A stretch of DNA of 64,000 nt, taken from assembly GCA_965243025.1 (NCBI GenBank), contig CBDETY010000003.1, positions 416,001 to 480,000 of the forward strand. The letters are read 5' to 3'. Of the stretch, positions 20,795 to 30,731 are shown in pieces. The DNA is from Candidatus Latescibacterota bacterium. GTDB lineage: Bacteria; Latescibacterota; UBA2968; UBA8231. Made by a program: the position numbers and the translations under genes. Position 1 is the stretch's first letter. Each line of letters starts with the position of its first letter. The notes beneath the pieces are model-generated. The model worked only from the letters and a program-made list of their open reading frames with translations, searched no databases and had not been told where the DNA came from.

Positions 20795-21652
20795 ATGGCA
20801 AATGACATGGAAACGGCTGAAATAGCGGAGCAGATCAGGGAAAGCGGCTACTGCATCGTCGAGGACGTAATCCCCGCAGGGGAAGTCGGCAGAATCCGCG
20901 AGCGCGTCGTGCGGGCGCAGGCCGCCAACGACGCCGCCAACCAGGCCCGGGAGCAGGCGACGCGCGCCAGGGGCCACCGCATCGGGGCCCGCGGCGTCGG
21001 CGTCCTCAAGCAGGCGATCAACCACGACCAGTCGTTCGCCCCGTACCTGGCCGACCGCCGGATCGTCGGGGCCCTCGAGACCTTCTTCGGCCCCTGGCTG
21101 CGGATCTCCTGCACCGACGCCGTGGTGAACCACCCGGGCAACGAGCGCGGCTACTGGCACGCCGACTGGCCGTTCAACCAGACGAACGCCTCCAATGTCC
21201 CCGCCCCCTACCCGGACGTGATGATGCACGCGTCGTCGCTGTGGATGCTGACCGATTTCACCGCCGCCAACGGGGGGACGCTGCTGTTGCCGGGCACGCA
21301 CAGGAAGGACCACAATCCGGCGAAGGGAGACCTCCCCGGATTCGACCACGAGGCCCCGCAGCCGGCCGAGGTTCACGCCGAGGGCAGGGCGGGGTCGGTG
21401 CTGCTCTCCGACAGCCGGCAGTGGCACGCGGTCGCCCCCAACCGGAGCGGCAGCCCCCGGGTGGCGCTGATCGTGCGCTACGCTCCCTGGTGGCTGAACC
21501 TGAATCCGACGCACACAGGAACGCCGGAGCACGAGATGATGGTGGTGGAGCCCCGGGGGAAGAACTACGAGATGGAGCCGCTGCGCCGGGACGTGTACGA
21601 AGGGCTTCCGGAGGAGGTGAAGCCCCTCTACCGGCACTTCGTGGCCAACTAG
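20795..21652 (+). CDS. Phytanoyl-CoA dioxygenase (PhyH) family protein
   Basis: GYCIVEDVI, WHADWP, LTDFTAANGGT..LPGTH, WHAVAPNRS. Confidence 0.88.
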   Translation: MANDMETAEIAEQIRESGYCIVEDVIPAGEVGRIRERVVRAQAANDAANQAREQATRARGHRIGARGVGVLKQAINHDQSFAPYLADRRIVGALETFFGPWLRISCTDAVVNHPGNERGYWHADWPFNQTNASNVPAPYPDVMMHASSLWMLTDFTAANGGTLLLPGTHRKDHNPAKGDLPGFDHEAPQPAEVHAEGRAGSVLLSDSRQWHAVAPNRSGSPRVALIVRYAPWWLNLNPTHTGTPEHEMMVVEPRGKNYEMEPLRRDVYEGLPEEVKPLYRHFVAN

Positions 21653-21778
21653 GGGAGCGGCATCTCCCCGACTGAGGTTCGACCCGCGCTTGCCGCCGGG
21701 TTCCCGGACGTAGACACGGGTAGAGCGTCGATTCCCACTACGCCGCTTCGTTCCAACAAGCCGCCGTCGGGGTCCCGG

Positions 21779-23017
21779 CTACCGGAAGACCGCCCTGTCG
21801 GCTGTTTCATTCCACAGCCGGTTGAAATCTTCGCTGCCGTCGTCCAGCCAGAAGTCCTGGTCAACCAGGCGATCGTAGCCGTCGCCGACGCCGGGGACCA
21901 CGGTGGGGTCCAGGCTCGATGAGCCGCGCATGGGGGCGCGGCCGTAGGCGGTGGGTCCGTTTTCGACGGAAACTCTGATCAGGGCCCGGGGAATCGGCGG
22001 CGGTTCGGTGGACTTCAGGCGTTCCAACGCCTCGCGGTTCAGGGTGACGCCGAGGCCGGGTTCCTCCGGGACCTCGACCTGGCCGGCGACAACCTCGAAG
22101 GGATCGACGACGTCGTCCTCCCACAAATGGGCCAGGGTCACATGATGAAGCGTGGCTTGTTCGAAGGCGGCGGCCATGTGCAGGACCAGGGCGCGGGTGA
22201 TGTTGCCGCCGGTGTTCTGCATCATGAAGGGAGAATTGGCCGCTTCGAAAAGGCCGGCCCGCCGGATGGCGACGCCGACCGGGGCGTGGCCGAGCATGTA
22301 GCCGTCGGCCAGCCCCATGAGGGCCTCCCGGCCGCCCAGAGGCATGTGGTGGATGGCTACGGGGAGGGAGGATTTCTGCCGCAGGACCTTGTAGCCTTCC
22401 AGGTCGAAAGTGCGCAGGGGATCTTCGATGAGGCCGGCGATCGGGAACCGGGACAACTCCCGGGAGAGCTCGACGGCGTGTTCGACGGGGTTGTTCCAGT
22501 TGAGGTCGTAGTGGATCCTGAAGCCGCGGGGAGCCGCTTCCTGCATGGCCCGGGTCTGGTCGATGACGTTGTGGAAGGAGTGGGTGTGGTACTTCATCCA
22601 CAGGTAGCCCTGTGCGGCGGCGTGCTTCACTTCTTCGGCCATCAGTGCCGGGGTTTGCGAAACCGTCCAGGACGAGAACGGGACCCAGGAGCGGACCTTG
22701 GGCCCGAAGAGCCGGTAGGCGGGCACGCCGTTGGCCTTGCCGACCAGGTCATAGATGGCGGGTGCGACCCGGATATCGAGCTCGGGATGGGCGAGCCAGG
22801 CGCACGGGTCGGTCCCGCGCAGTTGCTCGAGATTCCGCTCGAAGCCGGGGTCTCCGGGGCCGGTGTGTTCGGCCAGGCCCTCGAGGCCGTTGTCGGTGTG
22901 CACCACCAGGATGGTGCGCGTGTCCCAGAGGTCGCCCCCGTTCAGCCTGTGGGCGTCGCGGTTCCAGGCACGCAGCGGCGGGTGGATCTCGTGTCGTTCT
23001 ATCCCGGTTATTTTCAC
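21779..23017 (-). CDS. Enolase-superfamily (MR/MLE) enzyme
   Basis: VHTDNGLEG, AIYDLVGK, IEDP, PGLGVTL. Confidence 0.8.
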   Translation of the reverse strand: MKITGIERHEIHPPLRAWNRDAHRLNGGDLWDTRTILVVHTDNGLEGLAEHTGPGDPGFERNLEQLRGTDPCAWLAHPELDIRVAPAIYDLVGKANGVPAYRLFGPKVRSWVPFSSWTVSQTPALMAEEVKHAAAQGYLWMKYHTHSFHNVIDQTRAMQEAAPRGFRIHYDLNWNNPVEHAVELSRELSRFPIAGLIEDPLRTFDLEGYKVLRQKSSLPVAIHHMPLGGREALMGLADGYMLGHAPVGVAIRRAGLFEAANSPFMMQNTGGNITRALVLHMAAAFEQATLHHVTLAHLWEDDVVDPFEVVAGQVEVPEEPGLGVTLNREALERLKSTEPPPIPRALIRVSVENGPTAYGRAPMRGSSSLDPTVVPGVGDGYDRLVDQDFWLDDGSEDFNRLWNETADRAVFR

Positions 23018-23021
23018 GCTT

Positions 23022-24692
23022 TCATCCTCCTGTCGATACAGCAGCCTGACGGTCCCAGCGGGACTGGCGGAACTCGATGCGGCAGTGGACGTCGAGCAGC
23101 ACCGTCCGCCCCTCGGCGTTGAGCCGCTGCGCCCGCTCGAGGGCGGGAACCAGCTCCTCCGCTTCCTTGACGACGATTCCGGCGGCGCCCATGGCTTCGG
23201 CCAGCCCGGCGTAGTTCCCCGTCATCCGCGAAAAGCCGTAGCGCTCGAGGGCGGTCGGAAAGCCGCCAGGGTAGGTCGCCATGCCGCCGTTGTCGAGCAC
23301 CACGGTGGTGATCGGCGCCCCGGCGCGCACCGCGGTTTCGATGTCGAGCCCGGACATGCCGAAGGCGCCGTCCCCCATCACGTTGAGGCAGAATTTGTCG
23401 GGGTGGGCGAGCTTGGCCCCGATCATCAGGGGGATGCCGAAGCCGAGGTGGGTGGTCCGGCCCCAGCCGACGTAGCTGTGGGGCACGGTGGCGGTGTAGA
23501 AGGGGATCATCGAATCGCGCGTCGCCCCGGCGTCGTGGGTGACGATGCTGTTCTCCCGGTCGAGGGTCCGGTCGATGGCGTGGATTACGCGGTAGGGGTT
23601 GAGCGGCTGTTCCCCGGAAGTCAGCAGCGGCCTCCACTCCGCCAGCCACTCCTCCTTCAGGGCGGCGATCTCCGCGGCGACCCGCTGTTTCCGCTCTTCC
23701 CGGCCGGGCTCCCCGACCCGGGATTTCACCTCGTCGACGAGGGCCGCCAGGGTCAGCCGGGCGTCCCCGGTCAGGCCGACCGCGGCCGCTTCGTCCTTGT
23801 TGATGTCGTCGGGGTTGCTGCTGTTCTGGATGATGACGGTGTCCGGCCGGATCTCGTGAGCGTACGGGGACCGGGTCAGGCTGGCCCCGGCCGCCAGCAG
23901 CAGGTCGCATTCGAGAATCGAGGTGCGGGCGGCGAGGTTCATCGCCCGGCTGCCGGCGCCCAGCGAAAGGGGATGGCGCTCGTCGAAACCGGATTTGCCC
24001 GCCAGGGTGCAGAACACCGGGATGCCGGTCAGCTCCGCCAGCTCTTTCAGCTCCCGGGAAGCCCCGGAGAACAGGACGCCGGCGCCCGACCAGATGAGAG
24101 GTTGCTCCGCTTCCAGCAGCAGCCTGGCGGCCTCCTCCACGTCTCCGTTCGCCGGGGCCTGAAGCGACATCCGGGGAGCGCGGTAGTCGCGGGCGTCCGC
24201 GGGCACCTCCCGGCCGCAGACGTCCTCGGTCATCTCGACCGCCACCGGTCCGGAGGGGCCGTTGCGCAGGGCGTGAAAGGCGCGCCGCATGACCGAGGAG
24301 ATCTGCTCCGGCGCGTACACCGCCTCCACCCGTCTGGTCAGGCCCTGGTACTGCCGCGCCGCGGAGAAGCCCGGCCGCACCCCGATGCGGTCGAGGCCGG
24401 GGCCCTGGGGCAGCAGCAGTACCGGGACGTTGTCGGCGAACGACTGGGCCAGTCCCCCCATGGAGTTTTCCGCCCCCGGCTGCGACTGGACCGCGACGAC
24501 GCCGAAGCGCTTCCGGCCGCTGGTGCGGCTGAACCCGTCGGCGGCCATCACGGCGCCGCGTTCGTGGCGGAACATGACGGGCCGGATGCCTTCCCGGGCC
24601 GCCGCTTCGATCAGCGGATTGGAAGGAAAGCAGGAAAGCCACTCGACTCCTTCGGTCTTGAGTATCCGGGCGATGAGCTCAGTGCCGTTCAT
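23022..24692 (-). CDS. Thiamine diphosphate-dependent enzyme (acetolactate synthase-like)
   Basis: RHERGAVMAADG, GDGAFGM...DNGGM. Confidence 0.9.
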   Translation of the reverse strand: MNGTELIARILKTEGVEWLSCFPSNPLIEAAAREGIRPVMFRHERGAVMAADGFSRTSGRKRFGVVAVQSQPGAENSMGGLAQSFADNVPVLLLPQGPGLDRIGVRPGFSAARQYQGLTRRVEAVYAPEQISSVMRRAFHALRNGPSGPVAVEMTEDVCGREVPADARDYRAPRMSLQAPANGDVEEAARLLLEAEQPLIWSGAGVLFSGASRELKELAELTGIPVFCTLAGKSGFDERHPLSLGAGSRAMNLAARTSILECDLLLAAGASLTRSPYAHEIRPDTVIIQNSSNPDDINKDEAAAVGLTGDARLTLAALVDEVKSRVGEPGREERKQRVAAEIAALKEEWLAEWRPLLTSGEQPLNPYRVIHAIDRTLDRENSIVTHDAGATRDSMIPFYTATVPHSYVGWGRTTHLGFGIPLMIGAKLAHPDKFCLNVMGDGAFGMSGLDIETAVRAGAPITTVVLDNGGMATYPGGFPTALERYGFSRMTGNYAGLAEAMGAAGIVVKEAEELVPALERAQRLNAEGRTVLLDVHCRIEFRQSRWDRQAAVSTGG

Positions 24693-24882
24693 TCGATTTG
24701 TCCGCAAATTTCCAGAGGTGCGATCGAAACGATTCCCGCCCCGGGGATGGTTCCGGACCGGGAAAATGGTGCGAAAAGGCCGGGTTCGCTACGCCGGAAT
24801 CAGGAGCAATGAAAAAACGAGAGCCTGTTCATACCTGCCGGCCTTGCAACAGCTCTTTCACGACCAGGAAAGGAAGGCGTCC

Positions 24883-25887
24883 GTGCTGACCATCGGCCCC
24901 GGCCCCGATCCCTACTTCGCCTACAAGTTCCACCATGTCGAGCGGGCAAAGACCGCCTGGGTCCTCTCCGAGGAGTTTGGCCTGTACGAAGCTCTGCGAG
25001 CCGGGCCGGCCACCGTACCCGAAGTCAGCAGTCGGATCGGCCTTCAGGAGCGGCCCACCGCGGTGCTGCTGGCGGCCAATGCATGCGTCGGCGTTCTCGG
25101 CATGGAGGAGGACCGCTACTACATCTACCCGGTGATGCGCGAAATGGTCCTGGAGGGGGGCGTTGCCCGCACCGTGCCCAGGACTCCGGACCCGGAAGAC
25201 TGGTGGTACCGGATCATGAAGGAGGCGCTGCTCACCAACGCCCCCGTTCCCGAGGCCCTGCCGGAGTGGCTGGCAAATCCCCAGGGAAACGAGGACAGCA
25301 CCGCCTTTGCCCCGAGCCGCCACGGCTGGCGCATTCTGTGGGGCCACGCCCTTGCCGAGGCTGTGGACTTTACTCCGTTTCGAACCGTGGCGGACCTGGG
25401 CGGGGCAACCGGGGGTGTGCTGGTCGGCCTGACCGAAAGGTGCCCCCACCTGCAGGGGATTGTCGTAGAGCTCCCCTACAGCCGGAAGACCGCCGAGGCG
25501 GCCATCAGGCAGAGCAACGCCCAAGACCGGGTTCGCTTCCACGCCGCCGATTTTTTCAGCGATCCCTTCCCGGATGGGGTCGACGTGTTCTTCATGTCCC
25601 ACATAATCCACGACTGGGATGACGAGCACTGCATCAGGCTGCTGCGCCGCTGTCACGATGCCCTGCCTGCGGGCTCGCCGGTGCTCGTGCAGGAATACCT
25701 GCTGAACGAGGACAAGACCGCAGGTCTGATCGCCGTGTTTCAGTGGTTCGGCCTGATGTTCGGAACGACGGGAGACCAGCGCACCGGTCCGGAGATCGAA
25801 GCGCTGATGGGCGAGGCCGGTTTTTCCGGGACGGAGTGCCGCCCCCTCGACCACGAGCAGGGGATCGCGATCGGCTGGAAGCGCTGA
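24883..25887 (+). CDS. SAM-dependent O-methyltransferase with dimerisation domain
   Basis: ADLGGATG, ADFF, SHIIHDWDDE; GTG start after AGGAAGG. Confidence 0.88.
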   Translation: MLTIGPGPDPYFAYKFHHVERAKTAWVLSEEFGLYEALRAGPATVPEVSSRIGLQERPTAVLLAANACVGVLGMEEDRYYIYPVMREMVLEGGVARTVPRTPDPEDWWYRIMKEALLTNAPVPEALPEWLANPQGNEDSTAFAPSRHGWRILWGHALAEAVDFTPFRTVADLGGATGGVLVGLTERCPHLQGIVVELPYSRKTAEAAIRQSNAQDRVRFHAADFFSDPFPDGVDVFFMSHIIHDWDDEHCIRLLRRCHDALPAGSPVLVQEYLLNEDKTAGLIAVFQWFGLMFGTTGDQRTGPEIEALMGEAGFSGTECRPLDHEQGIAIGWKR

Positions 25888-26050
25888 GTCCCTGACGGTC
25901 CCCTCAATCGATGACTCCCCCGGGTCGCGGCAGGAGGTGATGTCGGGGCCGGGCATGCCAGATCCGGCGGTCATCCGGCAGTTTGGTCTCGAATTGACCG
26001 AGCCAGTTGGCCGCCTTTGTCCGGCAGCCCCTGCCTCCACCTTCACACAA

Positions 26051-27130
26051 TCACCGCGAAAGCCTTCTCACCATCTCGTCGTCCAGCTCCACCCCGAGAC
26101 CCGGCCCGTCGGGCACCGCGATGCATCCGTCGACAACCTCCAGCGGTTCCTTGAGGATCGGCCAGTCGTCCCGTATCCGGATCGGTTCGATGTTGTACTC
26201 CTGCGAGTAGGGAACCATCTGGCTCGCCGCGCAGAAATGCAGGTGGGCCACCGTGCTGAGTATCGGCTGGGTGTTGTGAACGGTGATCGGTATGCCGAAC
26301 GCCGACGCCAGCGCCTCGATCTTCACGAATTCCGTGAACCCGGGGACCTTGACGATGTCCGGCTGGATGATGTCCACCCCGCCCCTGGTGATCAGGTCGC
26401 GGTACTGGTGGTGGGTGTAGATCATCTCCCCGGAGGCAATCGGGATCGTCAGCGCGTCGGCGATCCGCGCCAGCCCCTCGAGGTCGTGCGCCGGCCTCGG
26501 CTCCTCGAAGTGGAAGACCCCGAGGTCCTCCAGCGCCGCGCCGATATACATGGACTGGTGCACGGAGTACGCCCCGTTCACGTCCACGAGGATGTCGATG
26601 TCGTCCCCGACGGCCGCCCGCACCTCGGTCACCGTCTCGATGGTCTCGTCGGCAGGGTCGTCGATCTCCCCGGGAACGGCGCTGTGCAGCTTGTACCCGC
26701 TGTACCCCTGCTCCGCCAGAGAGGCGGCCCGCCGGCCCTCCTCCAGGGGAGTCAGGTCCCGCCGCATCGAGCTCGCGTAGACCTTCACCTCGTCCCGGAG
26801 CTTGCCGCCGAGCAGCTTGTGGATCGGAACCCCCAGCGCCTTCCCCTTGATGTCCCACAGGGCGATGTCCAGTCCGGCGATGGCGCAGAACACCGCTCCC
26901 CCCATATCCTCGGCGGAACCGGCCTCCATCATGTCGCGGAACCGCAGGCCCGTGTCGAGGGGATCCTTCCCGGCGATGGCGGGCGCGAGGTGCTCCTCGA
27001 TGATAGCCTTGGTCACCCCCGGCTGCCGCCGGAAGCACTCGCCGATTCCCGTTATCCCCTCATCCGTATGCACCTTCACGAACGGGAAGTCCCCGTCCAG
27101 AATCAGGCATTCCACCGAAACAATCTTCAC
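26051..27130 (-). CDS. Mandelate racemase/muconate lactonizing enzyme family
   Basis: GLDIALWDIKGK, LVDVNG, FEEP, ASGE, IIQPD, GPGLGVEL. Confidence 0.9.
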   Translation of the reverse strand: MKIVSVECLILDGDFPFVKVHTDEGITGIGECFRRQPGVTKAIIEEHLAPAIAGKDPLDTGLRFRDMMEAGSAEDMGGAVFCAIAGLDIALWDIKGKALGVPIHKLLGGKLRDEVKVYASSMRRDLTPLEEGRRAASLAEQGYSGYKLHSAVPGEIDDPADETIETVTEVRAAVGDDIDILVDVNGAYSVHQSMYIGAALEDLGVFHFEEPRPAHDLEGLARIADALTIPIASGEMIYTHHQYRDLITRGGVDIIQPDIVKVPGFTEFVKIEALASAFGIPITVHNTQPILSTVAHLHFCAASQMVPYSQEYNIEPIRIRDDWPILKEPLEVVDGCIAVPDGPGLGVELDDEMVRRLSR

Positions 27131-27580
27131 AAGCTGAAACCTCCAGGCTGCCGGTTCGTCCGCGCCGGAATGTTCAACAGATTCTACCAGGACACAATAC
27201 CCAACCTCTCAGATCTCCATTTCGCGTTGTTTGCAATTAAGTGCGCAATACCGCGTTTATCCGGGTTTGGCAGCCTTTGCCAAAGGACTTGAAAAAAGTC
27301 AATACACCCGCTTGAGCGAAATTGCCTCTCCTCCCGTCCACGACGCCCCGTGGAAATTTGCTCCGGAAAATCCCAATGCCTTTTCAGCCGTCCTTCGTGG
27401 ACCCACCTTATCCGGCACCGTTTCGGCAACTTCATGGGAAACCATCTGCAGGATGCCAACCAGGGAGACAGAAGCCGACATCGCGCTCAGGGCAAGCCAG
27501 CGCGACCCCCGTTGCCGCTGCGGGGGGGCGGCTTCCCCTGAACTGACCTGGGACATTGAAGCCGGCAGGGGGCGTACCTG

Positions 27581-29908
27581 ATGCCCTCGGCGCACCCCGC
27601 CGTTCCCCACGACCGGCGCATGCTGATCGTCAGCGTCCACGACGTCGCGCCCCCGTTCGCACCCGGCGTGCGGCAGCTGCTCGACGAGCTGGACCGCCGC
27701 TCCATCCGGCCGCGGGTGCTGAAGGTCGTGCCCAACTACGCGGGAAAGTGGCCGCTGTCAGAGGATGCCGAGCTGTGCAACCTCCTGCGGTCGGAGGCGG
27801 CCGCAGGCAGCGAGATCGTCGCCCACGGCTGGACCCACCAGACCCAGGGCCGGATGCGCGGACCGCTGAGCGCCCGTTGCATGGGCTCCTGGTTCGCCCC
27901 GGAGGCGGCCGAGTTTCTCACCCTGCCTGAAGCCGCCGCCCGCGAAGCGGCCCGCAACGCCCGCCGCGCCCTCGCCGACACTCTGGGTGTGGAGCCGCAG
28001 GGGTTCTGCGCCCCGGCCTGGCTGATCAACAGGGAGGGCCGGGCGGCCGTTACCGCCGCGGGGTACCGCTACCTGCTCGAGCGGGGTGCCGTCCGCGACC
28101 TGCAAACCGGGGAGGCTGTCCCCACTCCCTGGCAGGGTCATATGGGAGTCGGGGGTTTCCACGAATGGCTGGTGCAGCGGGGGAACGGGGCCGTGGCGAT
28201 GCGGGCGGGGATCACCCACGGCGGCCTGTCCCGCCGCCCGGTGGTCAAGGTCTTCCTCCATCCCCAGCGCCTGCGGGACAGCCCGGCCCTGGAGCGGGTG
28301 CTCGACCGCCTCGGCGAGCTTTCCGCCAGGCGGGAACTGGTGACCGCGGGCGAGCTGTTCTCGACCGCCACCGGCCGGCCGGCCTCTCTTCTCCCGACGC
28401 GGCGGGACCCGCTGCCCCTGGTCTCGGTGGTCGTCCCGGCGCTGAACGAGCAGGCCGGCATCGCGCGCGCCATCGAGTCGGTAGCCGGGCAGCAGTACCC
28501 GCCGGACCGGCTCGAATGCGTCGTGGTGGACAACGACTCCCGCGACGCCACGGCCGAGGTCGTGTCCGATCTGGGGCGCAGCTGGGAGTCGGAGGCAGGC
28601 ACAACCCCTCGCCTGAGCCTTGTCCGGGAAACGGAACGGGGCGCCGCCAGGGCCAAGAACCGGGGAGCGTCGGAGGCCCAAGGCGATGTCCTGGTGTTTC
28701 TCGACGCGGATTCGACGCTGAGCCCGACGGTGGCGCGGGATGTCGCCGATGCCTGGAGCAGCGGCGCCCGCGGGGGCAGCATACCGGTCCTGGCCGAGTC
28801 CGACGACATCTGGGAGCGTGGTTTCTTCAACGCCATGGAGTTGGGCAAGCAGGTCTTCGGGATCCACTGCCAGATGTTCTACCTGGACCGCCGGCTGTTC
28901 GACGAGCTCGGGGGCTTCAGGCACGAGCTGCTTCTGGCGGAGGACCTGGAGCTGATGCGCAGGGCGGCGGCATCGCTGGGAACCGGCAACGGCCGCCTGC
29001 AGCGCATAGGGCGGTCCGGCTTCCGGGGCCGCAGCCTCGACGGATCCTGCATCCGCACCTCGCCGAGGCGGATGCGGGCGATGCCGTGGCGTTTCGGAAT
29101 GATCTGGATGTTGGTGCGCTGGACCCTCGGCTTTGTCGGGATCGGGAGGCGTCGGTACACAGCCGGGGGGCCGGCTCCGAATGCCCGGCCGCGGGCTGTC
29201 CGGTGGGCCCGCAGACTGGCCGAGGGAGGCCTGCGGCTGGTGCTATCCAGCGCCGGATCGCACCGGCCGGGGAAGCCCGCGGGCCTGCTCCGGTTCCTGT
29301 GGTTCTGGGATCGCCTCTATATCCGCTGGCACCGGTTGCGCCCCGTCAGCCCGGACGGGCTCGTGTTCTTCCGCCTGGAGACCTACAGGGGTTCACAGGT
29401 CACCCTGCCGGACGGCACCCGGATTGCCAGGGGCGACCCGGTCTGCCGGCTGCACCTCCGCAACGACCTCGTTGCCCGGTCGGCCGATACCGGGGTTTCC
29501 AGCCGGACCTGGCGGGGGATCGGCGGCGTTCGCGCCGACCTGACGGCCCTGGCAACCCGGGCGGAGGCCGGGACCCTCGCGCACAAGGGGGATCCGGTAA
29601 GGGCGCTTGCCGGCGCGACGGTTCATTTCAAGGGCGCCCCGAGGTTGGGCTTCTCCGTAGTCGTACAGCCGCAGACCTGGCGGCTGGAGTTTCAGCGGGC
29701 GTACATGATGGGCCTCATGGCCCTTTTCGGTCCGCGAGGGACGCTGCGCCGGCGCCGCGAGGACGGCCGGGTCCCGGGCGGGAGCGGGCAGGCGGAAAGC
29801 GGCCGGGGCGGCCCCGACCTGGAGGTCGGAGAGTTGTGGATGAGCCGGTCGGAGCTGCTGGCGCGGTACCTGCCCGGACGGGATGCCCCCCCTCCACGCC
29901 CCGGCTGA
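27581..29908 (+). CDS. Fusion: DUF2334-like polysaccharide deacetylase + GT2 glycosyltransferase + YkoP-like domain
   Basis: VSVHDVAP/HGWTH/GFCAPAW; VSVVVPALNE/VVDNDSRD/FLDAD/EDL; LPDGTRI..GD.V..LHLRN. Confidence 0.75.
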   Translation: MPSAHPAVPHDRRMLIVSVHDVAPPFAPGVRQLLDELDRRSIRPRVLKVVPNYAGKWPLSEDAELCNLLRSEAAAGSEIVAHGWTHQTQGRMRGPLSARCMGSWFAPEAAEFLTLPEAAAREAARNARRALADTLGVEPQGFCAPAWLINREGRAAVTAAGYRYLLERGAVRDLQTGEAVPTPWQGHMGVGGFHEWLVQRGNGAVAMRAGITHGGLSRRPVVKVFLHPQRLRDSPALERVLDRLGELSARRELVTAGELFSTATGRPASLLPTRRDPLPLVSVVVPALNEQAGIARAIESVAGQQYPPDRLECVVVDNDSRDATAEVVSDLGRSWESEAGTTPRLSLVRETERGAARAKNRGASEAQGDVLVFLDADSTLSPTVARDVADAWSSGARGGSIPVLAESDDIWERGFFNAMELGKQVFGIHCQMFYLDRRLFDELGGFRHELLLAEDLELMRRAAASLGTGNGRLQRIGRSGFRGRSLDGSCIRTSPRRMRAMPWRFGMIWMLVRWTLGFVGIGRRRYTAGGPAPNARPRAVRWARRLAEGGLRLVLSSAGSHRPGKPAGLLRFLWFWDRLYIRWHRLRPVSPDGLVFFRLETYRGSQVTLPDGTRIARGDPVCRLHLRNDLVARSADTGVSSRTWRGIGGVRADLTALATRAEAGTLAHKGDPVRALAGATVHFKGAPRLGFSVVVQPQTWRLEFQRAYMMGLMALFGPRGTLRRRREDGRVPGGSGQAESGRGGPDLEVGELWMSRSELLARYLPGRDAPPPRPG

Positions 29909-29928
29909 ACCGGGTTCGCCCAGGGCCG

Positions 29929-30717
29929 TCAGCCCACCTCCTCCCGGAGACCGGACCGGTCCAGAACCTCCTCCAGCGCCGCGGCCAGGACTTCCGCGCA
30001 CCGCGCCAGGCCGGCCTCGCCGGCGACCAGGTCCTGGCGGATCTCGACCATGGCGTTGGGGAGCCCGGCCGAGTCGGCGTGGCAGCGGTTGGAGAAGGCG
30101 TACTGTTCGCGGCCGGAATACGGCTCGTTGTCGCCGACCCTCACTCCCTCCTGCCCCCGCAGCGCCTCGATCAGGGGCCGCGCCAGGCGGTCGTCCCGGT
30201 CCCAGAGCACGCCGAAGTGCCAGGGGCGTTCGCGGCCGTTGAGGCTCGGGGTGAAGGTGTGGACGGCCACGTAGGCCGGGGTCTCGCCCCGCGAGCGGAT
30301 GCGGTCGAGGACCCCGGCAATGGCCTCGTGGTAGGGGTGGAACAGGGCGACGGCGCGCCGGTCCGCCTCCTTCCGGGCAAGGCCCCGGTTCCCGGGGACC
30401 GGAGTGCCGTCGCTCTCTGACAGGATCGATTCCGGGTGGCCGGGCCTGCGGTTGCAGTCGATGACCAGCCGCGAGTACGCCGACAGCACCGCCGGGGCGT
30501 CGAACCTCCGCGAGAGCCGGCGGGTCACCTCGGCGCCCCCCGGGTCCCAGCCGATGTGGCGCCGCAGGTCGGACGGGTCGAGCCCCAGGCCGTTCAGGGC
30601 CGCGGGCACGGCGTGGGAGGCGTGGTCGCAGGTGAACAGCAGCGCCGCCCGGCCCGACGGATTGACGATCTCGCAGGGGGGCGGCTCGCCGCCGGCAAGC
30701 AGCGGCGGTTCCCGCAT
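29929..30717 (-). CDS. N-formylglutamate amidohydrolase
   Basis: CDHASHAVP, HIGWDPG, SRLVIDCNR, HTFTP, DNEPY, EIRQDL. Confidence 0.9.
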   Translation of the reverse strand: MREPPLLAGGEPPPCEIVNPSGRAALLFTCDHASHAVPAALNGLGLDPSDLRRHIGWDPGGAEVTRRLSRRFDAPAVLSAYSRLVIDCNRRPGHPESILSESDGTPVPGNRGLARKEADRRAVALFHPYHEAIAGVLDRIRSRGETPAYVAVHTFTPSLNGRERPWHFGVLWDRDDRLARPLIEALRGQEGVRVGDNEPYSGREQYAFSNRCHADSAGLPNAMVEIRQDLVAGEAGLARCAEVLAAALEEVLDRSGLREEVG

Positions 30718-30731
30718 CCGTCCTCCTCCCA

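Noticed and set aside
27131-27580. Possible ncRNA or riboswitch in the 450-bp divergent intergenic region
   Set aside because: No recognisable aptamer or convincing structure by eye; an Rfam search would be needed.
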